Below are positions 30,283 through 41,449 of a DNA stretch of 64,000 nt, piece by piece. Source of the stretch: an uncultured bacterium (GTDB lineage: Bacteria > Hinthialibacterota > Hinthialibacteria > Hinthialibacterales > JAKPRU01); assembly GCA_964612675.1 (NCBI GenBank), contig CAZTDD010000002.1, positions 138,461 through 202,460 of the forward strand. Direction: 5' to 3'. Each line of letters opens with the position of its first letter. The first letter of the stretch is position 1. The notes beneath the pieces were generated by a model that made no database searches, was not told the DNA's origin, and was given only the letters and a program-made list of their open reading frames with translations. The translations under genes were made by a program, and so were the position numbers.

Positions 30283-31458
30283 TCACTTCTCGTCGTTCCC
30301 CTTCAGCGCTCCAACCACCTTCTCGGCGGCCTCCGCCAACCCCTCGGCAACACGGAACGGGAAATCGGACTCCTCGAGCATTTTCCGTGCCTCCGGTGCG
30401 TTGGTGCCTTGGAGCCGAATAACGATGGGGACCTTCACCTCCACGGTTTTCAGCGCCTCGATGATCCCGCCCGCCACGCGGTCGCACCGCACGATTCCCC
30501 CGAAAATATTCACCAGGACAGCTCGAACGTGGGCGTCGGACATAAGAATCCGGAAGGCAGCCGCGACACGTTCCACACTCGCCGTTCCTCCAACGTCCAG
30601 GAAATTCGCGGGCATCGAGCCGGCCAATTTCACAATGTCCATGGTCGCCATGGCCAGCCCCGCTCCGTTGACCATGCAGCCGACTTCACCATCCAATTTG
30701 ATGTAATTCAGATCGTACTTCGACGCTTCGGTCTCGAGCGGTTCTTCCTCATTGTAATCGCGAAGCTCCTGGTAGTCCGGGTGACGGAACAGTGCGTTGT
30801 CGTCGAAATTGATTTTCGCATCGAGTGCGAGCACCTCGCCGTCTTTCGTTACAACGAGCGGGTTGATCTCGGCCAAAGAGCAGTCCCCGCCGATAAATGA
30901 CGCATAAAGGCCGCGTACGAATTTGGCGCAGGATTTCGCCGCTTTTCCCTGGAGACCGAGGCCGTAAGCGATCTTATTCGCCTGGAACGGCATCAATCCA
31001 ACGGCGGGATCCACGTATTCCTTCAGAATCGCATCCGGGTCTTTTGCCGCTACCTCTTCGATTTCGACTCCGCCCTGGGTGGAAGCCATAATCACGACGC
31101 GGCTGACCGCTCGGTCGATCACGATCCCGAGGTACATTTCCTTCTCAATTTCCAGTCCCTGTTCGATCAAAACCTGAAGGACCTTCTTTCCCTCAGGACC
31201 GGTCTGGTGAGTCACGAGCTGCATTCCAAGCATATTTTGGGCGAGGTCTTTGGCCTCCGACGGGCTCTTGGCGATCTTGACACCGCCGCCTTTCCCACGA
31301 CCCCCCGCATGGATCTGTGCTTTGACTACAACGACATTCGTGCCCAAATCCTTCGTGATTTGTTCGGCTTCTTCCGCGTTGGTGGCCACACGGCCGTCCG
31401 GTACAGGGACACCGTACTTTCTCAGGATCTCTTTGCCTTGATACTCGTGGATCTTCAT
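30283..31458 (-). CDS. sucC: Succinyl-CoA synthetase (ADP-forming) beta subunit
   Basis: ATP-grasp N-domain ([18 protein letters not shown]) and CoA-ligase C-domain; no sucD adjacent. Confidence 0.9.
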   Translation of the reverse strand: MKIHEYQGKEILRKYGVPVPDGRVATNAEEAEQITKDLGTNVVVVKAQIHAGGRGKGGGVKIAKSPSEAKDLAQNMLGMQLVTHQTGPEGKKVLQVLIEQGLEIEKEMYLGIVIDRAVSRVVIMASTQGGVEIEEVAAKDPDAILKEYVDPAVGLMPFQANKIAYGLGLQGKAAKSCAKFVRGLYASFIGGDCSLAEINPLVVTKDGEVLALDAKINFDDNALFRHPDYQELRDYNEEEPLETEASKYDLNYIKLDGEVGCMVNGAGLAMATMDIVKLAGSMPANFLDVGGTASVERVAAAFRILMSDAHVRAVLVNIFGGIVRCDRVAGGIIEALKTVEVKVPIVIRLQGTNAPEARKMLEESDFPFRVAEGLAEAAEKVVGALKGNDEK

Positions 31459-31650
31459 CGGACCGTCTTATCCTCCACCGTTAAGATGGTCTTTAGCATA
31501 ATGATGCCGGAGCCCGATGTGAACCCTCCGGCGCTTGACAACCGATACCCGTCTTTCTACTGTCCGTTTGGATATCCTTGAAAGGATGCCCCATATTATC
31601 GGGAGGCGAGCCTCCAATGTCATCGAGTTAAGCCCTTTGCTAGGGAACGT

Positions 31651-31720
31651 CGGGAGGGCGAAGCTCCCGCTGAGCCGCATAGAAAAAGAAGAACCTGGCT
31701 CAGTAGGATCTTCGCCCTCC
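31651..31720. repeat. REP-like imperfect hairpin of the GGGAGGGCGAAGCTCC family in the sucC/C25 divergent intergenic region
   Basis: CGGGAGGGCGAAGCTCCCGCTGAGCCG...GGCTCAGTAGGATCTTCGCCCTCCC. Confidence 0.5.
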
Positions 31721-31800
31721 CACGGATAGCCAGTGTATTCTCAACTTGACGACATTCGATGAGCCTCCCGGCGAGCCGAGAACGACTGTCGAATCTTCTT

Positions 31801-34800
31801 ATGGAACCCATTTTCTATCGGATACATAAACATTGTGTGGTTCGGCGTTTTGGCCTACTTCTTCTGCTGTTCTTCTTCGGCGCGTGCAGTTTCGCAGAAG
31901 CCGCGGACTCCTTCGTGAGCCGGAGTTTCTCCGTGGAAGAGGAATCGCGTAACGGAGCGGTCCTCTCATGGTCCTTTCCCCGGGAGGATATTGATTCGCC
32001 TCAACGCATCCTTCTTTCAATCCCTCATGGGGTTCTCGAAGACCCGCAGTTGCTCGATTACGGTACCGAACCGGTTATTGTGAACTCGCCAACGCCCGAG
32101 ATCATATTCCGCGAACTCGGAGTGATGCGTTCGTGTCGTGTCGGTATGGTAAGCGTTCCATCGGTGACTTACGTGGGCGGGGTCACCGCAAGAATCCGCT
32201 ATGTGACGGGACGCATTCGAATCCCGTGGAACGATAAACCTCGTCGGGTCTCTGCGCCCGACCATCCGGTTGAACGGATTTTGGATGCTTACCTGTTGAA
32301 CGAGGGAACCCGTTTTGACCTGCAATCGGATCCTCCGAACGATCTGCCGATACCCGCCTATCGTCGGGGACCCTCGGTACGTTTATTGGCTAAAGGCGAG
32401 CGGGCCGTCGCTGTGGGATCGTTCGCGTGGTCGAAAGTCGCTGGTGAGAATCCGAGCATCGATCAGGTCGCTGTGATCGGGCCGAAAGGACCGGTTCCAT
32501 TCATTGTTTGGACCGCAGACCGGAGCGTACGCACCGAGGGAGAACTGCAACAGGAAGACAGGATTCTCTTTTGGACCGACGAGTCGGATTCGCCCTATTC
32601 CCCCTTTTCCTCCTATTGGCTCTGTGAAGACCCGAAGAGTTCCCGGCTCGCAGCGCCTCCGTCCAGGGAAGAGGATTCCTCAGCTGAGACTTCTGCTCGT
32701 TGTGTTGTCTCACTGGAACAGGACCGCGTTTTCTTCCCGGAAGGACACCGAGATCGGCGACAGCACGCGTACTGGGGCTGGGACGAGATTACGTCCGAAA
32801 CGCCGGTCGCTCTACCCATTCCGGTACTGCCATACCCGGCCGCGGCTACCTTCAGTCTCGAAATCGGGTTGCTCTCGAAGGACGGGTTGCTTTCATCCGA
32901 CATGTTGAGCTTCTCTCTGAACCAAACGCCCATCGAAATGGAAGTGGAGAATCTACCCACCCGTCAATTCGCCACGGCGAAAGCCATTGTATCCACCGAA
33001 ACGTTGCGAGGCACCACCTCCACTCTGCGTATCGCGGCGGCAAACGATATCGGCTCGCCCGTCTACCTCGATACAGTGCGTTTGGACTACCGACGGCAGA
33101 CTGAGTATTCCGGAGGGATGCTCCGGTTCTCACCCGCTCCGGGGTCCTATCGCCTCCATTCGTCTTACTCCTCAAATGCGCTTATCTGGCTTATCGAGCC
33201 GGAGGGCGGAGTTGTTTCTTCGCAGGTCCTTAAGCCTGGAGAAAACCTCTCGCTCGAGGTCCCCGATGACCACAGGATCGTTGTCCTCGATCCCAGCGAT
33301 GTCGGTTATGCCGACCTGCTTTCCCATATGCCGCCGGTCTCGGCAACGGACCCATCATTGGTCCCCCCGGATCAAACCGACATCATCATTGTCGCACCGG
33401 AAGTTTTTCATTCGACGCTCCAGAAACTCATCCGGCATTACCGTTCACGCGGGATGCGATCCCACGTGGTCAGCGTGAAGGATATCTATTCGGTTTTTGG
33501 TGACGGGCGTCTCTCTCCGGAACCTATCAAGGATTACCTTCGATGGCTTTACGAACGGAATCCCGTGCGATGCCCAGCCTATGTTCTCCTTGTGGGCGAC
33601 GCGACATGGGATTATTGGGGGAAATTCCGTAACGGGATCGTCAATCTGGTTCCCGCTTACCGTGGTACGGCGGACTATCCCGACGAAAACTGGTTCGTTT
33701 CCCTCACGCGAAGCGATTCGCTCCCCGAAATGTTGATCGGTCGATTTGCAGTTCGGACGCCGAAAGAACTGGAGGTCATGATTCAGAAGCTGATTGCCTA
33801 CAACGCTGAGAAGCCCGCAGCGTGGATGAACCGCGTCCTTCTGGTAACCGACAACGACTTTGAAAACGAGGTGAATGAGCTCTATACCGAATGGCTGCCG
33901 CCCGGTTACGAAACCAGCGAGGTCCGGTTGGCGGACTATCCTTTCAGAGACAACTACTACCTCCCCGAAGACGCCCGCCGTGCATTGAAGGCTAAGACCA
34001 GTCCACAAGCGACCGATGCCGTGATCGAGCGGCTTAACGAGGGCGTCGTTCTCTGGGAATACTTCGGCCACGGTGCGCCGAACGTTATGGGGCACGAGCG
34101 AATTTTCTTTGCGGGCGGATCGAAGTTCAGCGATGCGAAGCGGTTGTCCAATAAGGACGAATTACCATTGCTTTGGGCATTTACATGCCAAACCGGCAAT
34201 TTTGACTACGCTGAGGAGAAATGGAACATCTCGATCGCCGAAGATCTGCTTACGCGGCCTGAGGGCGGTGTCATTGCCGCGTTGGTTGCCACGGGACGGG
34301 GTTTTCCGCGCGATCATCTTGTTCTCGCTCGCGGTCTGCACGACGCGGTGTTCCGTCGGGGCCTTCGTGGAACAGCGCAGTCTTTCGCAGCTTCGTGTCT
34401 CCTGGCATTGATTGATAACCGGCACTTTGAGCCGCAGGAGCAGTTCTGCATTCTGGGAGACCCGACCTTTGAGCTGCCTGTTCCTAAAGCATGGCCCGAA
34501 ACCGCCGAATCGAAGATCGTCTTCGACTCGGTCGGGACTCTCCAATACAGTTTTGCTTCACCAGGGGAAGACGCCGGAGGCCGAGTGTGGTTACGTGATG
34601 GGAACCACGAGACTCGATGGGAGGATCCCCTGGAGCCGGCTGACTGGCCCACGGAAGGGAATCTTGAATTTTCTGAACTGCTCGGTGCGGATTGGCGTCG
34701 TGAAGAGACCGCTTCATTCGGTCTCGCTGCCCTCCTTCCCTCTGGACTGGTTCATGGCGGAACAGTCATCGTTCTCCCCCCGCCGGCCGCCCCGGAAACG

Positions 34801-35514
34801 ATCGGCTCAGGTTCTCCCAACCTCACCATCCTCGAAAAAGATATTCGTCTCCGTCCCCCATACCCCGAGAACGGAATGACGATCTTCTTCGATGTTCCCG
34901 TTGCGAATACAGGCAGCGAGGTTTCGTCTCGTTCAATCCTTCGCGGCGTCCTCTTCGAGCCTGGTGAGAAAGAACGGGTCTTAGAGAACTTTGTCGGGCG
35001 AAACGAGCCCTTCATTCCAGCTCTCGTCCCTGGAGCCACCCGCGTTATCACGGCCCGTTGGGATCCGATTGAGAACTCCGGCGAGCACACAATTCGGTTT
35101 GAGTGCGATCCTTGGAATCGCATCGACGAACCTGATGAAGCGGACAATGTAGCCGAGATAACCGTCGACGTTCGCAAAAAGGCGGATCTGCTCGTTGAAC
35201 CGTCGGATATTGAATACCGTCACGATTCGGACGAGGATCAGTTTGTCATCGATTTCACCGTCCATAACGTCGGCGAAACCGACGCCCGGCAGGTGCTCAT
35301 TCAAGTTGCGGTTGGCTTTGAGGGACCCACTCCGGAGCAATCGGGTGTTCTCGATGTTTGGGAAGTGCAGGCGGGCAAACTGCGAAAAGGATACAATCTC
35401 CGTGTTACCGACCGGGCTGCGTGGTTCCGTGTGACTGCCGATCCGGATGAAATGATTGATGAAGAAACTCACAAGAACAACAGCGCAAAGGTAGATCTCG
35501 AAATTCCCCAATGA
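31801..35514 (+). CDS. Secreted peptidase C25 (gingipain-like) family protein with C-terminal CARDB-like domains
   Basis: Signal peptide; YVLLVGD...WEYFGHGAP...WAFTCQTGNFD block (C25 His/Cys dyad context); C-terminal beta-rich CARDB-like repeats. Confidence 0.55.
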   Translation: MEPIFYRIHKHCVVRRFGLLLLLFFFGACSFAEAADSFVSRSFSVEEESRNGAVLSWSFPREDIDSPQRILLSIPHGVLEDPQLLDYGTEPVIVNSPTPEIIFRELGVMRSCRVGMVSVPSVTYVGGVTARIRYVTGRIRIPWNDKPRRVSAPDHPVERILDAYLLNEGTRFDLQSDPPNDLPIPAYRRGPSVRLLAKGERAVAVGSFAWSKVAGENPSIDQVAVIGPKGPVPFIVWTADRSVRTEGELQQEDRILFWTDESDSPYSPFSSYWLCEDPKSSRLAAPPSREEDSSAETSARCVVSLEQDRVFFPEGHRDRRQHAYWGWDEITSETPVALPIPVLPYPAAATFSLEIGLLSKDGLLSSDMLSFSLNQTPIEMEVENLPTRQFATAKAIVSTETLRGTTSTLRIAAANDIGSPVYLDTVRLDYRRQTEYSGGMLRFSPAPGSYRLHSSYSSNALIWLIEPEGGVVSSQVLKPGENLSLEVPDDHRIVVLDPSDVGYADLLSHMPPVSATDPSLVPPDQTDIIIVAPEVFHSTLQKLIRHYRSRGMRSHVVSVKDIYSVFGDGRLSPEPIKDYLRWLYERNPVRCPAYVLLVGDATWDYWGKFRNGIVNLVPAYRGTADYPDENWFVSLTRSDSLPEMLIGRFAVRTPKELEVMIQKLIAYNAEKPAAWMNRVLLVTDNDFENEVNELYTEWLPPGYETSEVRLADYPFRDNYYLPEDARRALKAKTSPQATDAVIERLNEGVVLWEYFGHGAPNVMGHERIFFAGGSKFSDAKRLSNKDELPLLWAFTCQTGNFDYAEEKWNISIAEDLLTRPEGGVIAALVATGRGFPRDHLVLARGLHDAVFRRGLRGTAQSFAASCLLALIDNRHFEPQEQFCILGDPTFELPVPKAWPETAESKIVFDSVGTLQYSFASPGEDAGGRVWLRDGNHETRWEDPLEPADWPTEGNLEFSELLGADWRREETASFGLAALLPSGLVHGGTVIVLPPPAAPETIGSGSPNLTILEKDIRLRPPYPENGMTIFFDVPVANTGSEVSSRSILRGVLFEPGEKERVLENFVGRNEPFIPALVPGATRVITARWDPIENSGEHTIRFECDPWNRIDEPDEADNVAEITVDVRKKADLLVEPSDIEYRHDSDEDQFVIDFTVHNVGETDARQVLIQVAVGFEGPTPEQSGVLDVWEVQAGKLRKGYNLRVTDRAAWFRVTADPDEMIDEETHKNNSAKVDLEIPQ

Positions 35515-36704
35515 CGAATCCTGCCGATTCTGCCAACTCCTCCGGTCCACTTCCAGCGCCTTCGAGTCGAGCCGCGTTCGTTTCTTGGGTTGTTTTCTTG
35601 GCTTTCTTGATCCCCCTGTTTGCTGTTCTAGCCCATCACCCTCAATGGTTTCTCCTTGTTGAGAAAGAACAACCAAGCCGTGGGTTGATCCGTGCGCGGG
35701 AACTCGCCGACCAGGGACGTTACGGCGACGCTCTGAGTGTATTGGACCGGACACTAAAGTTCTATAAGGAACAATTGGAAAAGACTGATTCTCCCCGCCA
35801 TCGGATGACCGTGGCTTCGATCCATCACTCGAAGGGGCTGATTCTGCTCAATCGCGATGCGCCCGGAGACCGCTCGTTGGCACGAGAGAACTTCCGGCTC
35901 GGCGTGGAAGTCGATCCCAATGTCCGTCGTGGCGAGGGCAAATTCCTTCTCGCTGAACTTATTGAGGATGACGACCCCGCCGAAGCGGTCCGGTTGTATG
36001 CCGGGGTGGTGGATGCGGTTTCGAGCGGCCTGGCCTTCCGTGCCCGCCGCCGCAACGCTCGCCTTCTTACGGAACTGGAGCGCTGGGAAGAGGCTCGACG
36101 AGCCTACGAAGACGCCGTTCGGTACCAACCCAGCGAGCCCGATAATGAAATGGCCGCGGGCTTCACAGCCGTAGCCGGGCGAGTCGGATATGCTACGGGA
36201 TCCCCTTTGGGAAGAGCGTACTGGGCTCAGGGACGGCGGGACCGGGCGCGAAAAGCGTTTGCGGCCAGCCGCGACGATCCCGTGTCGGACTTCTATCTTT
36301 CGAAAAAACTCGGTGTGACAGAAGCGGACCTGGAGACCGTGGAATTTGCACCGGAACTGGCCTTCGTTGCTTCCGCTGCCGTCGACTCGGTTTCGTTTAC
36401 ATGGCCTGCAGGATGCATCATCGAGTTTGTCGCCACAGAGGAAGCGGAGGGTAAGCCGCTTAGCCTCCGCTTGCAGCCGGATTATCTTCCACCCCAGCGA
36501 ATCGAACTTCCGATCTTTTTGAACGGAGCGGACGCCGGGTCGGTTGCCGTGACTTCGGGAGGGGTGTCGGATTATCCATGTAACGGCGAACTGCGCCCGG
36601 GGCGAAATGTCGTCGAAATCCGGTGCGCCAATCGATGGTTTGCGCCGGACCGCAGACCCGTGATTACCGTGCTTGATTTGAAGCCGTCTGATGATTTCCA
36701 ATGA
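35511..36704 (+). CDS. Membrane-anchored hypothetical protein (TPR-like helical N-region)
   Basis: ATGA-coupled to the C25 gene upstream and miaA downstream; one N-terminal TM segment; antisense 315-aa ORF judged artefactual. Confidence 0.4.
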   Translation: MTNPADSANSSGPLPAPSSRAAFVSWVVFLAFLIPLFAVLAHHPQWFLLVEKEQPSRGLIRARELADQGRYGDALSVLDRTLKFYKEQLEKTDSPRHRMTVASIHHSKGLILLNRDAPGDRSLARENFRLGVEVDPNVRRGEGKFLLAELIEDDDPAEAVRLYAGVVDAVSSGLAFRARRRNARLLTELERWEEARRAYEDAVRYQPSEPDNEMAAGFTAVAGRVGYATGSPLGRAYWAQGRRDRARKAFAASRDDPVSDFYLSKKLGVTEADLETVEFAPELAFVASAAVDSVSFTWPAGCIIEFVATEEAEGKPLSLRLQPDYLPPQRIELPIFLNGADAGSVAVTSGGVSDYPCNGELRPGRNVVEIRCANRWFAPDRRPVITVLDLKPSDDFQ

Positions 36705-37636
36705 GTGATGAGCCCAAGTCTTTTCGCATCCTCGCCATCGTAGGGCCGACTGCGGCCGGCAAAAGCGAGTTAGCTGTTGAACTCGCCGAACGCCTGGACG
36801 GCGAGATCATCAACGTTGATTCGATGCAGGTATATCGCGGGTTGGATGTCGGCACGGCCAAGCCCGGCAAAGACCTCCGCGATCGCGTTCCGCACCACAT
36901 GGTGGACATAGTCGATCCCTGGGAGGATTTTAACGCCGCCCGTTTCGCCGAGCAGGCCGAAGATATCCTTGTCAACATCGTTGAGCGAAGCCGCCTTCCC
37001 GTTCTCTCGGGCGGTACGGGCCTCTATTTTCGAGCGTTGCTCGAAGGTTTCTTCGATGCTCCCGCGCCTCCGAGGCACATTCGTAACCGCCTGGAGGGAG
37101 AATTCCGAGACAAGGGCATCGCTCCGTTGCGTGAGCGTCTGGAAGCAGTTGATCCGGAATGGGCCGAGAGGCTATCGCCACAGGACGCCCGCAGGATCGT
37201 CAGGGCGCTCGAAATCATCGAGACCACCGGCCGTAAACCTAGTGAAATCAAGCGACATCAGAAATTGAAAGAGTGGATTGAGGAGACTGTATTCTTCGGT
37301 ATCCGAATGCCGTGGGCCGACCTGGATCGGCGAATCGAGCAGCGGACGAAGGCAATGTTCGGGCAAGGTCTGCTGCGGGAGGCCGCCTGGCTGCTGGAGC
37401 GCGGTGACGGCAGCCGTACCGTTCGCCAAGCCATCGGATATAAAGAGGTTTTTCCGTTCCTGCGGGGAGCATGTTCTCTCGATACCGCTCAGGAAGACCT
37501 GATTCGAGCCACAAGGCGTTTTGCCAGAAGGCAAATGACCTGGTTTCGCCACCAAATGTCAGTGAACTGGCTGGACGATCATGCTCCGGACGAGGTTGAA
37601 AAAAAGGCACGGAAGTTCCTTGCATTCAAGGGGTAA
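36701..37636 (+). CDS. miaA: tRNA dimethylallyltransferase
   Basis: P-loop GPTAAGKS, DSMQVYRGLDVGTAKP motif; classic position upstream of hfq. Confidence 0.85.
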   Translation: MSDEPKSFRILAIVGPTAAGKSELAVELAERLDGEIINVDSMQVYRGLDVGTAKPGKDLRDRVPHHMVDIVDPWEDFNAARFAEQAEDILVNIVERSRLPVLSGGTGLYFRALLEGFFDAPAPPRHIRNRLEGEFRDKGIAPLRERLEAVDPEWAERLSPQDARRIVRALEIIETTGRKPSEIKRHQKLKEWIEETVFFGIRMPWADLDRRIEQRTKAMFGQGLLREAAWLLERGDGSRTVRQAIGYKEVFPFLRGACSLDTAQEDLIRATRRFARRQMTWFRHQMSVNWLDDHAPDEVEKKARKFLAFKG

Positions 37637-37747
37637 ACATGTTAATAATAAGAGGGTTCTTGTGGACCGGGGCTCAATCATTTCACCCTAGCACAAGGAG
37701 GCGGGTCAACTTTATGGCGAGGTAGGGATGTGGCACCAAAAGGTACG

Positions 37748-37999
37748 ATGAATATCCAAGATAGTTTTTTGAACCAAGCCCGTCGTGAAAGAATGAATCT
37801 CATCATTCATTTACTTGATGGATCTGATTTGCACGGGAAAATATCAGCGTTCGACAACTTCACGATCATACTGCAGAACGACGAACGGGACGAACAGTAT
37901 CTGATTTACAAACACGCGATCGCCACGATCAGCCCCGGGTCCAAGCAGAAGGTTCGGTGGAATCAGGTCGGCGGTCCGAAAGGGAAAGGGCCGGTCTGA
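37748..37999 (+). CDS. hfq: RNA chaperone Hfq
   Basis: Sm1/Sm2 motifs (FLN..RRE...G.I.AFDNFTIILQ...YKHAI.TI); ATG 37748 with AAGG RBS, in-frame GTG at 37730 also possible. Confidence 0.8.
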   Translation: MNIQDSFLNQARRERMNLIIHLLDGSDLHGKISAFDNFTIILQNDERDEQYLIYKHAIATISPGSKQKVRWNQVGGPKGKGPV

Positions 38000-38112
38000 G
38001 AGAAATCGCTGTGAGAAAGAAACACAACGGGGGTAGGTAGAGACTTACCCCCGTTCTCTGTTTAAGCGGGAGAAGGAAAGCAAGTCTGAGCTGTACTCAT
38101 CGATAAAGTCCA

Positions 38113-39276
38113 ATGTCGCAGAAGGACACCAACTCGATAAACTCCGGAAATCAGAGAGAACAAGCGCTTCTGGTAGGCCTTTACCCGCCGGATGTGGCTA
38201 CTGAGACCGCCGATCATCAGATCTCCGAATTGCTCAGTCTTGCCGACACGGCGGGAGCGGATGTAGAAGCGTTTGCTCGACAGCACATTCGACAGATTCA
38301 TCCCGCAACGTACATCGGACGCGGCAAAGTCGCAGAATTGCGCGACCTTGCGCGCGAAACGAGTGTCGAACTGGCGATATTCAGCCGAGATCTTACCCCC
38401 GTTCAACAGCGCAACCTCGAGCGGCAACTCGGTATTCAGGTTGTCGACCGTACGGAGCTGATCCTGGATATTTTCGCTCAGCACGCGGTGACGCGGGACG
38501 GCAAGATTCAGGTGGAACTGGCTCAGCTGCGGTATCTGCGTCCCCGCCTGGCCGGCGGAAGGCGGGATCTCTCTCGCTTGGGCGGTGGAATCGGTACTCG
38601 CGGTCCCGGAGAGACACAGCTCGAAATCGACCGTCGTCGTATCGACAGGCGAATCAGGAAACTGACGAAGGATCTTGAAGGGATTGTCCGGACGCGCCGA
38701 ACCCAGCGGCAGGCCAGGAGGCGTCGCAAAGTCCCAACTGCCGTTCTCGTCGGATATACCAATGCCGGCAAATCAACCATCCTGAACCGGCTGACTTCAG
38801 CCGGAGTCTTTGTCCGGAACCAACTTTTCTCAACTCTGGACACGACGACGAGACGGATTTATCTCGGCGATAATCGCATGGTCCTTGTTTCCGATACTGT
38901 GGGGTTCATTACGGGTCTGCCGGAACCATTGGTGGCTGCGTTCCGTGCGACTTTGGAAGTCGTAGAAGAAGCAGACATTATTCTGCATGTAGTCGACTCC
39001 AGTTCCTCCCATATCGAACAGGAAATCGAGGCTGTCACGTCACTTCTTCAAGATTTACAGGCCGGCGATAAACCAACGATTACGATTTTCAACAAATGGG
39101 ACCGCGTACGGTCTCCGGAGATTGTCCGCGAACTTCAGGAGTCTATGGAGCCGAATGTGGTCGTATCCGCGACAAAAGACGACACTCTTTCACCTCTCTT
39201 GGATTTGCTCACCTCCCTCGTGGATCGGTATGCACCCGAGGGACGGTGGGAGCTCGCCACGCAATGGGCCGGCTGA
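38113..39276 (+). CDS. hflX: GTPase HflX
   Basis: HflX N-domain plus G-domain motifs (GYTNAGKST, DTVGF, NKWD); miaA-hfq-hflX order conserved. Confidence 0.85.
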   Translation: MSQKDTNSINSGNQREQALLVGLYPPDVATETADHQISELLSLADTAGADVEAFARQHIRQIHPATYIGRGKVAELRDLARETSVELAIFSRDLTPVQQRNLERQLGIQVVDRTELILDIFAQHAVTRDGKIQVELAQLRYLRPRLAGGRRDLSRLGGGIGTRGPGETQLEIDRRRIDRRIRKLTKDLEGIVRTRRTQRQARRRRKVPTAVLVGYTNAGKSTILNRLTSAGVFVRNQLFSTLDTTTRRIYLGDNRMVLVSDTVGFITGLPEPLVAAFRATLEVVEEADIILHVVDSSSSHIEQEIEAVTSLLQDLQAGDKPTITIFNKWDRVRSPEIVRELQESMEPNVVVSATKDDTLSPLLDLLTSLVDRYAPEGRWELATQWAG

Positions 39277-39453
39277 CGCCGGTTCTACGCATCTTCTCTA
39301 CTGGTATATTTTCTTCATTTTCTTGAACTTATAGCACTAAGAGAGTGCTGTTTCGGTCATTGACATGCGGCCCCACCTCTGCTACAAAAAGCCAAACTCC
39401 ACAATGGTATTTGGAGTTATTCCAACCCAACACAGGAAAGGGAGGCAGGGCAA

Positions 39454-40896
39454 ATGAAGAGAGTCAGGATTTTTGCGGTCCTGGTCTGTGGGATGTTCGT
39501 GTTCAGCAGTATGGCGTCCGCAGATCTCGTGGGGTACTTCAAGTTCGACGAGTTCGATCGAACGGTATTTGAAGACGACAGTGGACAAGGCATGACGGGC
39601 TTCCTTGGAATGCCGTATAGCGATCCGGAGGTGATTCAAGGTCCGTCCGGCAATGCCGATGATTTCGCGGTCTCTTTCGATGGCGAGGGCGGATTGATTG
39701 TTGACGATTCTGCAGCAGAGGTGCTGAACATTCTTGAGCCGCCAATCACACTGGAATGCTGGGCGCGGTCGTCAACCGATCCAGGCGGTCACATAGGACT
39801 CATCAGCTATGGAATTCCCGGTGGACGAGCAGGTGGTGGCGGTTACAAGCTGGGGATTTCGGATGGCAACATCCTCTTTACGCTTTTTGCGGTAGTGGAC
39901 GTCTGGACGGAAGTACCGTTCCCATTCGATGGGGAATGGCATCACGTCGCCGGCGTCTATAACTGGGATGAAGGTGGAGTGATCATTTATGTGGACGGTG
40001 TCGAAGAACAATTCCTCCCGGGCGATTGGGGATTCACCGAACCCGGCGCAAAAGAGCTGGACATCGGGACCCAGTACACCGCGATCGGTCGATTCATCGG
40101 CGATATCGATCGTGTTCGTATCTCGACTGCGGCGTTGGGACCGGACGAATTGGACACCGACCCGGCATCAATGAAACCGGTACAGGACCACACCGCCGCC
40201 TTCTTCGGTTTTGATGAAGGCGAAATGCCGTTCACAAGCGAAGGCGCCGAGCCGCCATTGGAAACCATCTCACTGCCGCAGTGGGTGATCGAGAATCCGC
40301 CCGCTGAGTCCACGGGAGCGCCTGCTGTGGTCGACGACTCTCCCTCAGGTGAAGCGGGTGATACCTCACTCGAATTCAGCGGCACTCAGATCGCGGTCGT
40401 GGACGATTCCAACGGCGTCCTGAATTTCAGCGATGGCGACTGGACGCTGGAAGCGTGGGCGAAAACCGATTTCAACACGGACGTTATCCGCATGGTTATG
40501 TTCTATTACGGGCATCCGGGACATGGATATTCGTTCTCCATCAATTTGGAGACGGAGACTCTCCAGGTCACGACACTAGGGATTGCCGATATGCCCTCGG
40601 ATTCCGCGTATGTGATCCCCGACTATGAGTGGCATCATCTTGCGGTAGTCCACAAAGCCGGAGATTCAATTACGTATTTCATCGACGGCCAAGAAATCGA
40701 ATCGAACTCGTACACGAATCTCACCATCCCGGCCGACCCCGGAATGACAAAACTGTACATCGGTGCCGAGCCGGACATGGGACTCCCGTACACCGGGTTG
40801 CTCGACCGGATTCGGATCAGCAACAGTGCTTTGACCCCGGATCAGATGGATACCGACGCGGCCCCGGCGGCGGTGTCCGGTTGGATGCTGCGCTAA
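39454..40896 (+). CDS. Secreted protein with two LamG-like (concanavalin-A-like lectin/glucanase) domains
   Basis: Signal peptide; two copies of the WHHVAGVY...IYVDG / WHHLAVVH...YFIDG jelly-roll motif. Confidence 0.55.
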   Translation: MKRVRIFAVLVCGMFVFSSMASADLVGYFKFDEFDRTVFEDDSGQGMTGFLGMPYSDPEVIQGPSGNADDFAVSFDGEGGLIVDDSAAEVLNILEPPITLECWARSSTDPGGHIGLISYGIPGGRAGGGGYKLGISDGNILFTLFAVVDVWTEVPFPFDGEWHHVAGVYNWDEGGVIIYVDGVEEQFLPGDWGFTEPGAKELDIGTQYTAIGRFIGDIDRVRISTAALGPDELDTDPASMKPVQDHTAAFFGFDEGEMPFTSEGAEPPLETISLPQWVIENPPAESTGAPAVVDDSPSGEAGDTSLEFSGTQIAVVDDSNGVLNFSDGDWTLEAWAKTDFNTDVIRMVMFYYGHPGHGYSFSINLETETLQVTTLGIADMPSDSAYVIPDYEWHHLAVVHKAGDSITYFIDGQEIESNSYTNLTIPADPGMTKLYIGAEPDMGLPYTGLLDRIRISNSALTPDQMDTDAAPAAVSGWMLR

Positions 40897-40936
40897 TTCC
40901 CATTGCGCACACCCTTCGACAGATTGACTGAAGACA

Positions 40937-40968
40937 GAAGCGGCTGGTCGCTATCGACCAGCCGCTTC
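40937..40968. terminator. Perfect 14-bp-stem hairpin between the convergent LamG and TIR genes
   Basis: GAAGCGGCTGGTCG-ctat-CGACCAGCCGCTTC. Confidence 0.5.
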
Positions 40969-41020
40969 GATGGTTGTGCATACAATTGTGGTCAGAAGAA
41001 ACTTCTTAGAGGATGGAGAC

Positions 41021-41449
41021 TCATGTCGCGCTAGCCATTTTCTCTTTCGTCGGCAATAGCCGAGTAAGAGCCTCCGGATCTTGGAGATCTTCAAACTTTA
41101 CTACTTGTAGATCTTTGACTTCCACGGGCATGTTGAGAGGCAACGTATCCTCAGTAACAACAGCAATCATCTCTTTGTCCATCGCCCACGCGGCTCCGAG
41201 CTCGTGGAGCACCCATTTTGAGTCAAATGAATCCTCTGACACCAGAAGGATAAAAGTGTCGCAGTTTGAAATCTCTTCTTTGAGTCTTGTTTGCCAGTCC
41301 TCTCCCGCACTAAGCATATTTGTTGTGAAGACAGACGTGTTACGGCGGCGTGACAACAGATGGCGCAATAAGTTTGCACGTTTCGAGTCTGTGTAGGCGT
41401 AACTGAGAAAGACTCGATGCGTTGCTTCTGACTTCTTTGTTCCCGTCAT
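41021..41449 (-). CDS. TIR-domain-only protein (142 aa)
   Basis: VFLSYAYTDS...FILLVSEDSFDSKWVLHELGAAW matches the bacterial TIR_2 signature, including the conserved Glu; GC about 47% versus about 57% genome. Confidence 0.65.
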   Translation of the reverse strand: MTGTKKSEATHRVFLSYAYTDSKRANLLRHLLSRRRNTSVFTTNMLSAGEDWQTRLKEEISNCDTFILLVSEDSFDSKWVLHELGAAWAMDKEMIAVVTEDTLPLNMPVEVKDLQVVKFEDLQDPEALTRLLPTKEKMASAT

